Positions 19,359 to 30,257 of a stretch of DNA of 64,000 nucleotides are shown piece by piece. Location: contig JAWKVC010000013.1 of NCBI GenBank assembly GCA_041398245.1, forward strand, positions 4,104-68,103, written 5' to 3'. The translations under genes were made by a program, and so were the position numbers. Every line of letters starts with the position of its first letter. Position 1 is the first letter of the stretch. The notes under the pieces were generated by a model. It was not told the DNA's origin. It did no database searches and worked only from the letters and a program-made list of their open reading frames with translations. The DNA comes from Hyphomonadaceae bacterium. GTDB lineage: Bacteria; Pseudomonadota; Alphaproteobacteria; Caulobacterales; Hyphomonadaceae.

Positions 19359-20008
19359 TTGAGCGCCTCAATGCCGCCCGTGAACACCTTCACGGCGCGA
19401 TCCACGGCCTCGCGGATATCCTGCTCGCTGGCGACATAGGACGGCACGCCGAGCGCCCGCAGCTGGATACGCGCCCGCACCAGATCAAGGAAAACAGACG
19501 CCGCGACCTCAAAGTTGGAAATCCGGATCTCACCGGCGGTCGCCCGGTCCTCCAGGTATATCGCCAACGCCTTGCGCACGCCCTCGGTCACCCGCTTGTT
19601 CCAGGCCTCGGCCATTTCCGGGAATTTCTTGGCCTGCGACACCATGAGCCGATGAACGTCGATCGACTGCGGGCTGGCGTGCAAAGTGAGGAAGTGCTCC
19701 CCGATCCGGCGCAGACCCTGATTGAGGGGCGCATGGGCCGCCAGCTCCACCTGCATCTGCTGGGTCACGGCCTGCACGCGGGCGTCGATCATGGCCTCGA
19801 ACAGCCCCTTTTTCCCGCCAAACTGTGCGTAAAGCGTCGACAGCGAGCCCCCGGCGCGGCGAACAATCTCGGCCATATTGGCCTGCTCGTAACCGAACTC
19901 GAGGAACACATCCCTGGCGGCCTTGAGGAAGGCGACCCGCCTTAGTTCGGCACGCCCGGTTTCTGGCTCCTGGGCGGGCAGGGTTTCGGCTGAATCGGAG
20001 TCTGACAT
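19355..20008 (-). CDS. TetR/AcrR family transcriptional regulator
   Basis: HTH FLEFGYEQANMAEIVRRAGGSLSTLYAQFGGKKGLF. Divergent from the efflux pair. Its stop shares CTAG (19355-19358) with the convergent crotonase gene. Confidence 0.9.
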   Translation of the reverse strand: MSDSDSAETLPAQEPETGRAELRRVAFLKAARDVFLEFGYEQANMAEIVRRAGGSLSTLYAQFGGKKGLFEAMIDARVQAVTQQMQVELAAHAPLNQGLRRIGEHFLTLHASPQSIDVHRLMVSQAKKFPEMAEAWNKRVTEGVRKALAIYLEDRATAGEIRISNFEVAASVFLDLVRARIQLRALGVPSYVASEQDIREAVDRAVKVFTGGIEALN

Positions 20009-20077
20009 CCGTTTAGAGATACTCCCAATTGAGCCATCTTGATACTCGGATTGCTGCCTCTACATTTCAACCCTAAC

Positions 20078-20091
20078 GTAACCGGTGTTAC
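20078..20091. promoter_or_regulatory. Short inverted repeat, possible TetR operator upstream of efflux genes
   Basis: GTAAC-CGGT-GTTAC in the 136-bp divergent intergenic region. Weak on its own. Confidence 0.3.
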
Positions 20092-20144
20092 ATATAGATC
20101 GCTCGCCAGCGGGCTCTTCCTCCCAGCCCTGACAGGACAACCAG

Positions 20145-21287
20145 ATGGCCCTCAAGACGGTCAAGATCGAGCCGGGTGACTCCCCGGCCCCCGCGCCCGA
20201 CGGCGCGGCGCCTGCCAGCCCCGAACCGGCCGCCGCAGGCGCCGGCAAGTCCGGCCTTCGCAAGAAGATCCTTATCGGCGTCGCCGCGGTTGTCGCCGTG
20301 GGTCTCGCCTGGATGGGCGGCGACTGGTTCCTGAACGGCCGCTTCCATATCTCGACCGAGAACGCGCAGGTGCGCGCCGACATCGCGCGCGTCGCCGGCA
20401 AGGTCGAAGGCTATGTCACCAAGGTCCATGTCGACGAGAACCAACATGTGAAAGCTGGCGACCTGCTGGTCGAACTCGAGAGCGCGGACTTCTCCACGCG
20501 CGTCGCGCAGGCGAAAGCCGAACTCGCGCAGGCCGAAGCCGACGCCGCACAGGCCGGCGCCCGCATCGCCGCGCAGCGCGACCAGCTCGCCGAGGCGCAG
20601 GCCGCGCGCGAGGCCGCCACCGCCTCCGCTGACCTTTCCAGCTCCGAAGAAAAGCGTCTCTCCGAACTGGCCGACAAGGGCTGGTATCCGAAGGCCAAGG
20701 TCGAACAGGCCGAAGCGACGCGCCGCACGGCCGATGCCCAGCTGGTGCAGGCGCAGGCCACCGTCACGGCGCAGCGCAGCCAGCTTGCCAGCACGCAGGC
20801 CGCCGCCGAGTCCGCCGCCGCGCGTGTCGAGGCTGCGCGCGCCAAACTCGCCGCCGCCGAACTCGATCTCAGCCGCACCCAGATCCGCGCGCCTATCGAT
20901 GGCGTCGTCACCAACAAGGAAGTGATTGAGGGCCAACTGCTGTCGCCCGGCCGTCAGGCTATGGCGATTGTCGCTTCCAACGACATGTGGGTGATCGCGA
21001 ACTTCAAGGAGACGCAGATCGCCGACATGAAAGCCGGCCAGTGCGCCGACATCCATGTCGACGCCTATCCCAACCTGCATGTCCGCGGCAAAGTCGACAG
21101 CATCGCGCCGAGCACAGGCGCGACGTTCAGCCTGGTTCCGCAGGATACGGCGACCGGCAATTTCACCAAGATCGTGCAGCGCGTTCCGGTGAAGATCCTG
21201 CTGGATGAATCGTCGATCGCGGCTGGCGTCCTGCGCGCCGGTCTTCAGGTGACCGCCACGGTCTCCACCAAGCCTGACTGCGAGTAA
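20145..21287 (+). CDS. HlyD/EmrA-type membrane fusion protein
   Basis: One N-terminal TM helix, biotinyl-lipoyl-like segment (VKAGDLLVELE), long Ala/Gln-rich coiled coil and a beta-barrel domain. Confidence 0.9.
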   Translation: MALKTVKIEPGDSPAPAPDGAAPASPEPAAAGAGKSGLRKKILIGVAAVVAVGLAWMGGDWFLNGRFHISTENAQVRADIARVAGKVEGYVTKVHVDENQHVKAGDLLVELESADFSTRVAQAKAELAQAEADAAQAGARIAAQRDQLAEAQAAREAATASADLSSSEEKRLSELADKGWYPKAKVEQAEATRRTADAQLVQAQATVTAQRSQLASTQAAAESAAARVEAARAKLAAAELDLSRTQIRAPIDGVVTNKEVIEGQLLSPGRQAMAIVASNDMWVIANFKETQIADMKAGQCADIHVDAYPNLHVRGKVDSIAPSTGATFSLVPQDTATGNFTKIVQRVPVKILLDESSIAAGVLRAGLQVTATVSTKPDCE

Positions 21288-21293
21288 GCACCC

Positions 21294-22904
21294 GTGAGCG
21301 GGGCTGCCGCCACCTCCGCGCCGCTCGGCGGCCCGACGCTTGCTCACGTGCCGCCCAAACCCGGCACGCGCGAGGCCTTGCTGCTGAACATCGGCTTCTT
21401 CGCCATGGTCATCGGCATGTTCATGGCGATCCTGGACATCCAGATCGTCGCCGCCTCCATCGCGCAGATCCAGGCCGGCGTCTCGGCCTCCGCCGAGGAA
21501 GTCGCCTGGATCCAGACCAGTTACCTAATCGCCGAAGTCATCGGCATCCCGCTGTCGGGCCTGCTTAACCGCGCACTGTCGATGCGCCGCCTGTTCGTGT
21601 TCTCGGCCGCGGGCTTCACCATGGCCAGCGTGATGTGTGCGCTGGCATGGGACCTTCCCAGCCTGATCGTCTTCCGCAGCATTCAGGGTTTCGTCGGCGC
21701 GGCGATGATCCCGACCACCATGGCGGCCGCCTTCACCCTCTTCGGCCCCAACCGTTCGATGTTGCAGCAGGTCGCCATCGGCATGGTCGCGACGCTGGCG
21801 CCGTCGATCGGCCCGACGCTGGGCGGCTGGCTGACCGAGAACATGAGCTGGCACTGGCTCTTCCTCGTGAACGTCATTCCGGGGATCATCGCGTCTGTGC
21901 TCGTCTGGAACCTGACGCCGAAACAGCCGACCCAGCTCAACCTCATCAAGAACATCGACATCATCGGTCTCGGCGCCATGGCGGTGTTCCTGGGCTCGTT
22001 CGAGTACGTGTTCGAGGAGGGCCCCAGCGCCGGCTGGCTCGAGGACGAGCATCTCGTGATGTGGATGTTCCTGTGTTCGCTGGCCGGGATCGTCTTCTTC
22101 TGGCGCGCCTTCAGGCGAGCCAACCCCGTCGTCGATCTCACGATCTTCAAGGACCGCAACTTCGCTGCGGGCTCCATCGTCGCCGTAATCGTCGGCTTCG
22201 GCCTGTTCGGTTCGGTCTACCTGCTGCCGCTCTTCCTTGGGGCGGCGCGCGGCTACAACGCCCTTCAGATCGGCCAGATCATGAGCATTGGCGGCTTCGC
22301 CATGTTCCTTGCCGGTCCGCTGTCCGGCGCGCTGATCCGGCGGATCGATCCACGGATGGTGCTGGCCACCGGTCTGGTGCTGGCCTCGGTCGGGCTCTAC
22401 TGGAACAGCTTCCTCACCGCGAACTCTTCCTTCGAAGAACTGTTCTGGCCTCAGGCCCTGCGCGGGGCTGGCCTCATCATGTCGATGGTGCCCTGCAACT
22501 ACATGGCGCTCGGCACGTTGCCGCCGCCAAAGCTGCCCAACGCCACGGGCCTCTTCACAGTCTGCCGCAACCTTGGCGGCGCCGTGGGCCTCGCGGGCCT
22601 CAACACCATGCGGCTCAACTACACCAACCTGCACAACCAGGAGATCTCGGCCGGCCTCGATCCGACGCGACCCGAGGTACAATCCTTCCTAATGCAGGCG
22701 GAGGCGAGCCTGCGCGCCGCCGACGTGGCCGATCCGCGCGCCGCGGCAATCGCGCAACTTGTGCGCCGGATGCAGCTTGAATCCACCGTCATGACCTTCA
22801 ACAACCTGTTCCTGGTCATGTCGATGTGCTTCGCAGCAATGCTGCTGCTGGTGCCAATCCTGCGGCGTCCTCCACCCATGGGACAGGCACCCGCCGCGCA
22901 CTGA
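21294..22904 (+). CDS. MFS transporter, DHA2 (EmrB/QacA-like, 14-TM) family
   Basis: 536 aa, multiple TM helices, and a typical DHA2 N-terminus (FMAILDIQIVAASI, LSGLLNRALSMRRLF). Confidence 0.9.
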   Translation: MSGAAATSAPLGGPTLAHVPPKPGTREALLLNIGFFAMVIGMFMAILDIQIVAASIAQIQAGVSASAEEVAWIQTSYLIAEVIGIPLSGLLNRALSMRRLFVFSAAGFTMASVMCALAWDLPSLIVFRSIQGFVGAAMIPTTMAAAFTLFGPNRSMLQQVAIGMVATLAPSIGPTLGGWLTENMSWHWLFLVNVIPGIIASVLVWNLTPKQPTQLNLIKNIDIIGLGAMAVFLGSFEYVFEEGPSAGWLEDEHLVMWMFLCSLAGIVFFWRAFRRANPVVDLTIFKDRNFAAGSIVAVIVGFGLFGSVYLLPLFLGAARGYNALQIGQIMSIGGFAMFLAGPLSGALIRRIDPRMVLATGLVLASVGLYWNSFLTANSSFEELFWPQALRGAGLIMSMVPCNYMALGTLPPPKLPNATGLFTVCRNLGGAVGLAGLNTMRLNYTNLHNQEISAGLDPTRPEVQSFLMQAEASLRAADVADPRAAAIAQLVRRMQLESTVMTFNNLFLVMSMCFAAMLLLVPILRRPPPMGQAPAAH

Positions 22905-22913
22905 GGCGCCGCA

Positions 22914-23729
22914 TCAGGCGAGGTGGAGATATTCCGGATCGAAGGCCGCGATCTGCTTCAGCCTGTCCGGCTCGCGCACCTCAATGGCGCCCTTGCGATA
23001 GAAGGCGATGCCCTCCTCCGCGAGTTTGCGGAAGGTACGGTTCACGTGGATCACGCTGATGCCGAGCATGTCGGCGAAGTCTTCCTGATTGAGCGGCAGT
23101 TCGATCGTGCGCCCGCGCATCTGCCCGATCGCCGTCAGCCGCGCCTCGATCTCGCACAGCGAATGAGCCAGCTTCTCGAAACTGTCGCGGCGGCCAAGCG
23201 ACACGACGCGCTCGGCAAGGATTGATTCTTCCAGCGCCGCCGTCCAACCGATCGCCGCAGCAAGCGCCGGATAACGTTCGAACAGATCAGCGCTCTGAGG
23301 CGGTTCGACCCGGATCAGATTGACCGGCGTTCGCGCCGACAGGTCAAAACTCGATGTTCCGAACAGCAGGCTGTCCGTACACAGCATGTCACCCGGCAAC
23401 GAGTATCCAACAATCTGGCGCCGTCCCGACGCAAGTCCGCGCGAACGCAGCACCCAGCCGTGTTCGACAATATAGAGCTGCGGGCAGCGATGATTCTCGA
23501 TCGTGATCGACCGGCCGCCTGACATCTCGATCCGGTCGCGCGCCAGCGCGCGCAGGTCCTTGCGCAGACTGGCCGAGAGGACATCAAGGCCGGGCATGCG
23601 CCGGCAGACGAGGTCCAGCGCCCGCTGCAGGACGAGATCGGGGTTGAGCATCGGGGCCGGATCCGTCATCAGACCCTGCGCCGAACCGCGCGGCCGCATG
23701 TGCGCTTGGTGTGGGGAGGCATCAGTCAC
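22914..23729 (-). CDS. Crp/Fnr family transcriptional regulator
   Basis: cNMP-binding-like beta-roll followed by HTH QEDFADMLGISVIHVNRTFRKLAEEG. The start may be internal. Confidence 0.85.
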   Translation of the reverse strand: MTDASPHQAHMRPRGSAQGLMTDPAPMLNPDLVLQRALDLVCRRMPGLDVLSASLRKDLRALARDRIEMSGGRSITIENHRCPQLYIVEHGWVLRSRGLASGRRQIVGYSLPGDMLCTDSLLFGTSSFDLSARTPVNLIRVEPPQSADLFERYPALAAAIGWTAALEESILAERVVSLGRRDSFEKLAHSLCEIEARLTAIGQMRGRTIELPLNQEDFADMLGISVIHVNRTFRKLAEEGIAFYRKGAIEVREPDRLKQIAAFDPEYLHLA

Positions 23730-23958
23730 CTTCAGCTCAAGTCCCTCCCGTGTGGCCTAAAACCAGCCAACGCGACTTTGCTCAGGTTAGTTCCGTGAAA
23801 AAATCCTCAGATATCCGGGGTCTTACCGATCTGTAGGGCTCATGGCGCTTCAGTGGTCGAACGGCGCTCCATGCGAGACTTCACGCTGGTCGCGGCGGCG
23901 GCTGAATTCCGCTAGCGTCACCGGGCTCTGCGATTCCGCTCTTCCGGGGAATGTCCGT

Positions 23959-24651
23959 ATGCTTCGTCCTGCGTTGCTTGCTTGTACAACATTGCTGGCG
24001 CTTGCAGCCTGCGAGCGCGTTACAGCGCCGGAAACCGCGACGGCCGAAACGTCGGAAGCGTCCGCCAAAATCGCTGAGACAGGTCGCAAGTTCTTTGGCC
24101 GCGAAGCCTTCACCATCGTGATGCAGCAGACCGGCCGCGAGGAAGGCACGCTGACGCTTCATTATCGCGACTGGGGCCGCCGCAGCGCTGAGATCGCGAA
24201 ACTTACCAATACGGAAACAGGCGAAGTGATCGACACGCGCTCCTTCACGGATGGCGCCGTCAACGTCACCATCGATAACCTGACCGGCAAGGTCCAGGTG
24301 TTCGAGAACCCCTACTACCATCCCACAGCCGACGACGAGCCGTCGACGCCGGATGATGGCTTCGGCGCGGCGGCGATGGAGCGGCTGGGCGGAGAGAAGA
24401 CTGGCGAATCGGCGTCCATCGCCGGCCAAACCTGCGACTACTGGAATGCGCTTGGCGCGAAGATGTGCGTCGCCCCGTGGGGCGCAACGCTGCACTCGAC
24501 CATGGGCATCGGCGATACCGTGGCTGACCGGAAAGCGGTCGAGGTCAGGCTGGGCGATGGCGGACCGGATTCGGCGTTCGTCTATGTGCCGCCGGCCGAT
24601 GGCGCAGCCAGCGCCCCCGCGCCCACAACGGCCCCCGCTACAAGCCAATGA
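23959..24651 (+). CDS. Hypothetical lipoprotein
   Basis: MLRPALLACTTLLALAACE lipobox. No family recognised. Confidence 0.55.
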   Translation: MLRPALLACTTLLALAACERVTAPETATAETSEASAKIAETGRKFFGREAFTIVMQQTGREEGTLTLHYRDWGRRSAEIAKLTNTETGEVIDTRSFTDGAVNVTIDNLTGKVQVFENPYYHPTADDEPSTPDDGFGAAAMERLGGEKTGESASIAGQTCDYWNALGAKMCVAPWGATLHSTMGIGDTVADRKAVEVRLGDGGPDSAFVYVPPADGAASAPAPTTAPATSQ

Positions 24652-24801
24652 CGGCTGGCCGCAGGCCCTTGCGCGGGCCCGTTGCGACCCTACCTCTTGC
24701 CTTGGATCAAGGTCGCTGCCTGACGGAGCGGCATTGATGAAGGAGACGCCGTTTTCGGGTCTCCCGGACGTGTCTGCGACTGCTTATCACAAGGGTCAAA
24801 C

Positions 24802-27414
24802 ATGGACTTCGAACGCTATACCGAGCGCGCCCGCGCAGCCGTTCAGAGCGCCCAGACGAGCGCGCTTGCCAGCGGCCACCCCCAACTACTGCCAGAACAC
24901 CTTCTCAAGGCGATGTTCGCTGACCGCGACCGTCTTGCGCTCAATCTCATCCGCGCCGCAGGCGGCAATCCCGAACAGGCGCAGGCCAATATCGACAAGC
25001 TTCTTGCGGCCCAGCCGAAAAGCACCGGCGGCTCGCAGCCCGGTCTCAGCCAGGATCTCGCCCGCCTGTTCCAGCTCGCCGAGCAGGACGCCACCGACGC
25101 AGGCGACGACTATGTCACGACCGAACGCCTCCTGCTTTCGGCCACCAAGCTCAAGAACAAGACGGCTGACGCGCTGTCATCTGCTGGCGTGACCACCAGC
25201 GCCCTCGTCAAGGCCATTGCCGAGCTGCGCAAGGGCCGCACGGCGGACACAGCGACGTCCGAAGAAAAATACGAAGCCCTGAAGAAATACTCGCGCGACC
25301 TCACCGGCGAGGCCCGCAAGGGCAAGCTCGATCCGGTGATCGGGCGCGACGAGGAGATCCGCCGCTGCATCCAGGTTCTCTCCCGCCGCACCAAGAACAA
25401 CCCGGTGCTGATCGGCGAACCGGGCGTCGGCAAGACAGCCATCGCCGAGGGCCTTGCCCTGCGTATCGTCAACGGCGACGTGCCCGAAAGCCTCAAGGAC
25501 AAGCAGCTGCTCGCGCTCGACATGGGCGCGCTGATCGCCGGCGCGAAATTCCGCGGCGAGTTTGAAGAGCGCCTGAAGTCAGTCCTGCAGGAAGTGCAGC
25601 AGGCCGAAGGCCAGATCATCCTCTTCATCGACGAGATGCACACGCTGGTCGGCGCCGGAAAGGCCGATGGCGCGATGGATGCGTCCAACCTGTTGAAGCC
25701 CGCCCTCGCGCGCGGCGAGCTGCACTGCGTCGGCGCGACCACGCTCGATGAATACCGCAAGCACGTCGAGAAGGACGCCGCCCTCGCCCGCCGCTTCCAG
25801 CCCGTCTTTGTTGGCGAGCCGAGTGTCGAAGACACCATCTCCATCCTGCGTGGTCTCAAGGAGAAATACGAAGTTCACCACGGCATCCGCATTTCGGACG
25901 CCGCCATCGTCGCCGCCGCGACGCTGTCGAACCGCTACATCACCGACCGCTTCCTGCCGGACAAGGCCATCGACCTGATGGATGAGGCCGCTGCGCGCCT
26001 GCGCATGGCGGTCGAATCCAAGCCGGAAGAACTCGACGAAATCGATCGCCGCCTGATGCAGATGCGCATCGAGGTTGAGGCGCTGAAGAAGGAAAAGGAT
26101 GAGGCCTCGAAAGAGCGCCTGAAGCGCCGCGAAGCCGAGATCAAGGAACTGCAGGCCAAGTCGGACGAGATCACCGCCGCCTGGCAGGCCGAGAAGGGCC
26201 GCCTCGCCGGCGCGACCGGCGCGAAGGAGCGGCTCGACCGCGCCCGTGCCGATCTTGCCGACGCGCAACGCCGCGCCGACTGGGCCCGCGCCGGCGAGCT
26301 GCAGTACGGCGAAATCCCCGCGCTCGAAAAGCTGATCGCCGACGCCGAAGGCAAGTCCACGGAAGAAGCCGGCGCCCCGCTGGTCAAGGAGGAGGTGGAC
26401 GCCGAAGCCATCGCCGCCGTCGTCTCACGCTGGACGGGCATCCCCGTCGACAAGATGATGGAAGGCGAGCGCGAGAAGCTGCTCCACATGGAAGACAACC
26501 TGCGCAAGCGCGTTGTCGGCCAGGACGAGGCGCTCGAGATCGTTGCGAACGCAGTCCGCCGCGCCCGCGCCGGCCTGCAGGACCCCAACCGCCCCATCGG
26601 CTCCTTCATCTTTGTCGGCCCCACGGGGGTCGGCAAGACGGAGCTGACCAAGGCGCTCGCCGAATTCCTGTTTGACGATGAGACCGCGGTCCTCCGCCTC
26701 GACATGTCGGAATACATGGAGAAGCACGCCGTCTCCCGCATGATCGGTGCGCCTCCCGGCTATGTCGGCTATGAGGAAGGCGGCGCGCTCACCGAAGCCG
26801 TCCGCCGCCGCCCCTATCAGGTGATCCTGTTCGACGAGATCGAGAAGGCGCACCCGGACGTGTTCAACACGCTGTTGCAGGTGCTCGACGATGGCCGCCT
26901 CACCGATGGCCAAGGCCGCACGGTGAACTTCAACAACACCGTTATCATCATGACGTCCAACCTCGGCGCGCACGCACTGGCGGAAGACAAGTCGGAAGGC
27001 GAGATATCGGGCCCGGCGCGTGATGCCGTGATGGAAGCGATCCGCTCGCACTTCCGGCCGGAATTCCTGAACCGCATCGACGAGATCGTATTCTTCAAGC
27101 GGCTTGGCCGCGCCGAGATCGACCGCATAGTCGGCGTGCAGCTCAAGCGTCTGGAGAAGATCCTCTCCGACCGCCGCATCACGATCAGCCTCACGGATGA
27201 CGCGATGCACTGGCTGGCCGAGCGCGGCTATGATCCGGTCTATGGCGCACGCCCGTTGAAGCGCGTGATCCAGAAGGAGCTGCAGGACCCGCTGGCCCGC
27301 CGCATCCTCGAAGGCCGCATCAAGGATGGCGACGATGTCAATGTTACGGTGGATGGCTCCACCCTCGCCCTCAACGGCTCTCCCGCCGAGATGAAGCGCG
27401 GCGGCCTGAACTGA
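24802..27414 (+). CDS. clpB: ATP-dependent chaperone ClpB
   Basis: 870 aa. Clp N-domain, two AAA+ modules ([16 protein letters not shown]), and a long middle coiled coil between them. Confidence 0.97.
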   Translation: MDFERYTERARAAVQSAQTSALASGHPQLLPEHLLKAMFADRDRLALNLIRAAGGNPEQAQANIDKLLAAQPKSTGGSQPGLSQDLARLFQLAEQDATDAGDDYVTTERLLLSATKLKNKTADALSSAGVTTSALVKAIAELRKGRTADTATSEEKYEALKKYSRDLTGEARKGKLDPVIGRDEEIRRCIQVLSRRTKNNPVLIGEPGVGKTAIAEGLALRIVNGDVPESLKDKQLLALDMGALIAGAKFRGEFEERLKSVLQEVQQAEGQIILFIDEMHTLVGAGKADGAMDASNLLKPALARGELHCVGATTLDEYRKHVEKDAALARRFQPVFVGEPSVEDTISILRGLKEKYEVHHGIRISDAAIVAAATLSNRYITDRFLPDKAIDLMDEAAARLRMAVESKPEELDEIDRRLMQMRIEVEALKKEKDEASKERLKRREAEIKELQAKSDEITAAWQAEKGRLAGATGAKERLDRARADLADAQRRADWARAGELQYGEIPALEKLIADAEGKSTEEAGAPLVKEEVDAEAIAAVVSRWTGIPVDKMMEGEREKLLHMEDNLRKRVVGQDEALEIVANAVRRARAGLQDPNRPIGSFIFVGPTGVGKTELTKALAEFLFDDETAVLRLDMSEYMEKHAVSRMIGAPPGYVGYEEGGALTEAVRRRPYQVILFDEIEKAHPDVFNTLLQVLDDGRLTDGQGRTVNFNNTVIIMTSNLGAHALAEDKSEGEISGPARDAVMEAIRSHFRPEFLNRIDEIVFFKRLGRAEIDRIVGVQLKRLEKILSDRRITISLTDDAMHWLAERGYDPVYGARPLKRVIQKELQDPLARRILEGRIKDGDDVNVTVDGSTLALNGSPAEMKRGGLN

Positions 27415-27643
27415 TAGCCTGCTTGCGGCTGGCGGTGTCCGCGCTGTCAGCCGTTCCTCGCGCCTCAAGCGAACTCGCATATTCACGCGACGTCAGGTCG
27501 TGTCGCATTAGCGTCACACATGCCGACGAACTTGTTTCTGTACGGAGGTAATCGCCGCGTTGCATTGCATGGCGTCGGAGTTGGCGCGAGCGTCGAGACA
27601 CAAACATCAAGCCCCCATTTGAGAGGGCGACAGGGAGTGTCTC

Positions 27644-30127
27644 ATGAGACTCAGAACTCTTAAGTCCGCAATTCTTGCGGGCGTTGCTGCAACTCCGCTG
27701 CTGTTCGCACAGGCGATTGCCCAGCAGGGAACAGCCGGTGGAGACGTTGTCGTCGTCACCGGCACGCGCGTCGCCGATCGCACGGCGCTCGACACGGCTG
27801 TGGCCGTCGACGTCATCGGCTCCGACTCACTTGAGCAGGGCGGCATCACCGAGGTGAACCAGGCTCTGGCCGTGGCCCTGCCCTCTTTCAACTTCCCGCG
27901 TCCCGCGCTCAATGACGGTACGGACACGGTCCGCCCGGCGGCGCTGCGCGGTCTCGCCCCCGACCAGACGCTTGTGCTGCTGAACTCGAAGCGCCGTCAC
28001 TCGGCCGCACTGGTCAACGTCAACGGCTCGATCGGTCGGGGCGCATCCGCCGTCGACATGAACACGATCCCGACGTCTGCGATTGCGGCGGTCGAGGTCC
28101 TGCGCGATGGCGCATCGGCGCAGTATGGATCCGACGCAATCGCGGGCGTCATCAACGTCCGTCTGCGTGAAGCCGCCGTCGGCGGCGGCGCCTCCGTCTC
28201 ACTCGGCATGCGTGTATCCGAATACACTGTGCCGGTTACGCCGCCCGCGGCTGGCCTTCCCATCACCGTAGGATCCGAGATTTCGCGCGACGTCCGCGAT
28301 GGTCAGGTCTTCACGCTCAATGCATGGAAAGGCCTCGCACTTGGCGAAGAAGGCTTCCTCACGCTGTCGGGTGAAGTGAAGCTGCAGAAGCGCTCGGAGC
28401 GCGATGGCTATGACACGCGGCAGAATTACCCGCTGATCGGCAGCGCCTTTGATCCCCGCGAAGCGTCGTTCGATCGCTTCAACGCCTGGACCGGCGAGCC
28501 ACAGATCGACCAGTACACGGTGTTCGCCAACACCGGCTACAACTGGTCCAACGGCATGGAGACCTATGGCTGGGCCAGCTACCAGTATCGCGACTCGGTT
28601 TCCGCAGGCTTCTATCGTCGGGCGCAGGATGCGCGGAACGTTATCCAGATCTATCCCAATGGCTTCCTGCCAAAGATCAATCCGATCGTTGAGGATGGCT
28701 CCGCCGCAGGCGGCGTCAGGTTCGGCCTCGGCGACTGGGATATGGATGCCTCGCTGGTCTACGGCTCCAACAAGATGGACTTCACCATCATCGACACACT
28801 GAACCGGTCTCTGGGACCAGCCTCGAAGACGACTTTCAGCGCTGGCGGCTTCCAGTACCAGCAGCTGGTCGCTAACCTGTCGGGCGTGCGCACCTACGAT
28901 GTCGGCCTTGCCTCGCCGCTCAACGTCGCAGCAGGCATCGAGGCGCGGAAGGAGTTCTATGAGATCTTCGCCGGCGAACCTGACAGCTATCGCAATGGCG
29001 GTGTGCTCCTGAACGGCGCACCTACGGCCTCCGGCTCGCAGGTTTTCCCGGGCTTCCGTCCAGCCAACGAAGTCGATGAAAACCGCACCGCAGTCGGCGT
29101 ATTTGTCGATCTCGAAGCCAACCTGACGGACAACCTGCTGGTCTCCGCCGCCCTGCGTGGCGAGTCCTATTCGGACTTCGGCGAGACGGCGACCGGCAAG
29201 CTGGCTGCACGCTACGACTTCAACGAAGCCTTCGGCATCCGCGCGTCGGTGCAGAACGGCTTCCGCGCGCCTTCGCTGCAGCAGCAGTACTTTGCAACCA
29301 CGTCGACGAACTTCATCGGCGGCGTTCCGTTCGACATCACGACCTTCCCGGTCACGGACCCAATCGCAATGGCGCTGGGCGCGAAGCCGTTGGAGGCCGA
29401 AGAGTCGCTCAACTACTCGCTGGGCGCTGTGCTCCAGATGGGCGACTTCAATGTCACCGTCGATGCCTATCGCATTGACGTCGACAACCGCATCGTTCTC
29501 TCGGAGAACCTGACCGCACAGAACGTCCGCGACTACCTGGCGACACAGGGCTTCGTGGGTGCCGGTGGCGGACGCTTCTTCATCAACGGCGTCGATACGG
29601 AAACGCAGGGTCTAGACCTTGTCGCCAATTACTCCATGCCGGAGACGGGGATAGGCAAGTTCGACTTCACCTTCGGCCTCAACCTTTCCGACACGGATGT
29701 GACGGCGGTGCCTGAAATTCCGGTCCTGTCGGCGCTTCCGCCGCCAGCGCCGGTCCTGTTCGGACGCGCTAACACGATGACGTTCGAGAAGGGCACGCCG
29801 GCCGACAAGGAGACGCTGTCTGTCGACTGGTCGTACGGCATGTTCGGCGCGACTATCCGCGCGATCAGCTATGGCAAGGTGATCCAGCCGGACAACAACC
29901 CGGTCTTCGATCACGAGCTGGCGCGCAAGACGGTGCTGGATATCGAGGGACGCTTCTACGCCTCCGACAGCCTCACCCTGTCGATAGGCGCCGACAACGT
30001 CTTCGACGAATATCCCGATGCGTTCCCCATCAACCTCAATACGACGGGTAACACGCCATTCTCGAACTATTCACCGTTCGGATATTCGGGTCGCTTCGTC
30101 TACGCAAAGGCCGCGGTGGAATTCTAG
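27644..30127 (+). CDS. TonB-dependent receptor
   Basis: Signal peptide, TonB-box-like DVVVVTGTR, plug (LRGLAPDQTLVLLNSKRR, EVLRDGASAQYGSDAIAGVINV) and terminal ...YAKAAVEF. Confidence 0.92.
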   Translation: MRLRTLKSAILAGVAATPLLFAQAIAQQGTAGGDVVVVTGTRVADRTALDTAVAVDVIGSDSLEQGGITEVNQALAVALPSFNFPRPALNDGTDTVRPAALRGLAPDQTLVLLNSKRRHSAALVNVNGSIGRGASAVDMNTIPTSAIAAVEVLRDGASAQYGSDAIAGVINVRLREAAVGGGASVSLGMRVSEYTVPVTPPAAGLPITVGSEISRDVRDGQVFTLNAWKGLALGEEGFLTLSGEVKLQKRSERDGYDTRQNYPLIGSAFDPREASFDRFNAWTGEPQIDQYTVFANTGYNWSNGMETYGWASYQYRDSVSAGFYRRAQDARNVIQIYPNGFLPKINPIVEDGSAAGGVRFGLGDWDMDASLVYGSNKMDFTIIDTLNRSLGPASKTTFSAGGFQYQQLVANLSGVRTYDVGLASPLNVAAGIEARKEFYEIFAGEPDSYRNGGVLLNGAPTASGSQVFPGFRPANEVDENRTAVGVFVDLEANLTDNLLVSAALRGESYSDFGETATGKLAARYDFNEAFGIRASVQNGFRAPSLQQQYFATTSTNFIGGVPFDITTFPVTDPIAMALGAKPLEAEESLNYSLGAVLQMGDFNVTVDAYRIDVDNRIVLSENLTAQNVRDYLATQGFVGAGGGRFFINGVDTETQGLDLVANYSMPETGIGKFDFTFGLNLSDTDVTAVPEIPVLSALPPPAPVLFGRANTMTFEKGTPADKETLSVDWSYGMFGATIRAISYGKVIQPDNNPVFDHELARKTVLDIEGRFYASDSLTLSIGADNVFDEYPDAFPINLNTTGNTPFSNYSPFGYSGRFVYAKAAVEF

Positions 30128-30153
30128 TTCACCCTGGCCTTGACCACATCAAC

Positions 30154-30182
30154 AACGCGCCGGGGCCTCGCCCCGGCGCGTT
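30154..30182 (+). terminator. Rho-independent-type terminator after the receptor gene
   Basis: AACGCGCCGGGGC-CTC-GCCCCGGCGCGTT, perfect 13-bp stem, followed by CTGTTT. Confidence 0.6.
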
Positions 30183-30201
30183 CTGTTTGCGGCCAACACA
30201 A

Positions 30202-30229
30202 AACCCGCCCCGGATGACCGGGACGGGTT
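30202..30229 (-). terminator. Hairpin downstream of the minus-strand TonB_C-like gene
   Basis: AACCCGCCCCGG-ATGA-CCGGGACGGGTT, 12-bp stem with one mismatch. Confidence 0.45.
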
Positions 30230-30257
30230 CCTGTTGATTGGCAAGAGGCTGAAGAGC

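Noticed and set aside
24652-24801. Sigma-32 heat-shock promoter upstream of clpB.
   Set aside because: CTTATCA at about 24784 resembles the -10 element, but no CTTG -35 element lies 17-18 nt upstream. Not supportable.
27415-27643. Riboswitch (cobalamin/TPP) or Fur box upstream of the TonB-dependent receptor gene.
   Set aside because: No B12-box, CUGAGA-type TPP core or GATAATGATAATCATTATC-like sequence is visible by eye.
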